Source of the DNA: Antedon mediterranea | Lineage: Eukaryota > Animalia > Echinodermata | Reading direction: 5' to 3' | NCBI RefSeq assembly: GCF_964355755.1 | Contig: NC_092670.1 | Span: 39,730,388 to 39,794,387 of the forward strand | Length of the DNA: 64,000 nt | Shown here: positions 63,331 to 64,000 of the stretch, piece after piece | How positions within the stretch are numbered: position 1 is the first letter of the stretch | How the letters are laid out: each line of letters begins with the position of its first letter | Notes under the pieces: generated by a model | Told to the model about the DNA's origin: nothing | The model's input: only the letters and a program-made list of their open reading frames with translations | Database searches by the model: none | Program-made: the position numbers and the translations under genes

Positions 63331-64000
63331 TTCAAATCTCCATTTTGTAACCACCATGAGTTCGGGTCCATTTAAACAAGCTGGGCAAGCTGTAAATTGT
63401 ATTAATCCACTATGTATGCATTGTTTGTATTATTCAATAATTTTGTAATGAATCGATACCATTAACTACAACAAACAAGTGGTAGGGCTACTTAAAATTA
63501 TTTATGTGGTCCATAGTTACCAACCGTCTCGCATCGTTTGGGACGGTCCCGCATTTCAAGTGATTTTTTAATGAAACACGCGTTTAAACCTAAGTAGGCC
63601 TATATACGATGCGTTATCATTTTTAACACAATTTGAGAGGAAAATGCATTTAAATTAATTGGTATATTTTAAAAGTATAGAACATTATACGAGTAGGCCT
63701 ATTTATATTATTACACCATGTGTCCGTGGTCGCTCGCCGTGACGAGGATGGGCCTATAACCATGTGGCGTTTGTCATGATCGCAATTACACATGACATGA
63801 TTTTGTGTGCGTTTATAAAAGGAAACCCAATTTTCTTGCTATTGGTTGGTGGATCAGTTCAATTTTTACCCTCCAAAAAATGTTTTTTAATAAAATAAAT
63901 TCATGAAACCGCATGAAAAACGTTGAATTATAGATTAACAAAAAAAGAGTAATATACAATCTAATAATATTTGCTTCGTTTACCGTACCGGAATACAAGA

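Noticed and set aside
63510-64000. Possible hAT-like left end (TAGTTACCAACCGTC)
   Set aside because: No matching right end or TSD inside the window.

Overview
AT-rich, intron-containing animal genomic DNA. It looks like an invertebrate deuterostome, possibly an echinoderm; that is an inference from gene and repeat content. Gene order: PSMF1/PI31 (-, 6 coding exons); a tandem array of three Patched-domain (PTCHD3-like, RND/sterol-sensing) genes (-; intact, pseudogene, intact); FBXO9 (+, 12 coding exons); a family-B 7TM receptor with a somatomedin-B-like N-terminus and no visible GPS motif (-); a full-length Gypsy LTR retrotransposon with identical LTRs, carrying a four-deep nest of further elements; Smoothened (+); a three-exon microprotein gene missed by the ORF track that matches ASDURF (-); and about 30 copies of a 157-bp satellite. 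Many MITEs with clean target-site duplications (TSDs) are scattered throughout. Most notable observations: (1) ASDURF appears as a stand-alone gene with no ASNSD1 downstream; (2) a five-level transposon nest; (3) a preserved duplication junction joining an FBXO9 5' fragment to a PSMF1 exon-1 fragment; (4) a Smoothened C-terminus apparently split over two reading frames; (5) a candidate structured intronic RNA in FBXO9. I see no prokaryote-type defence or CRISPR system, and I cannot confirm novelty without database searches.
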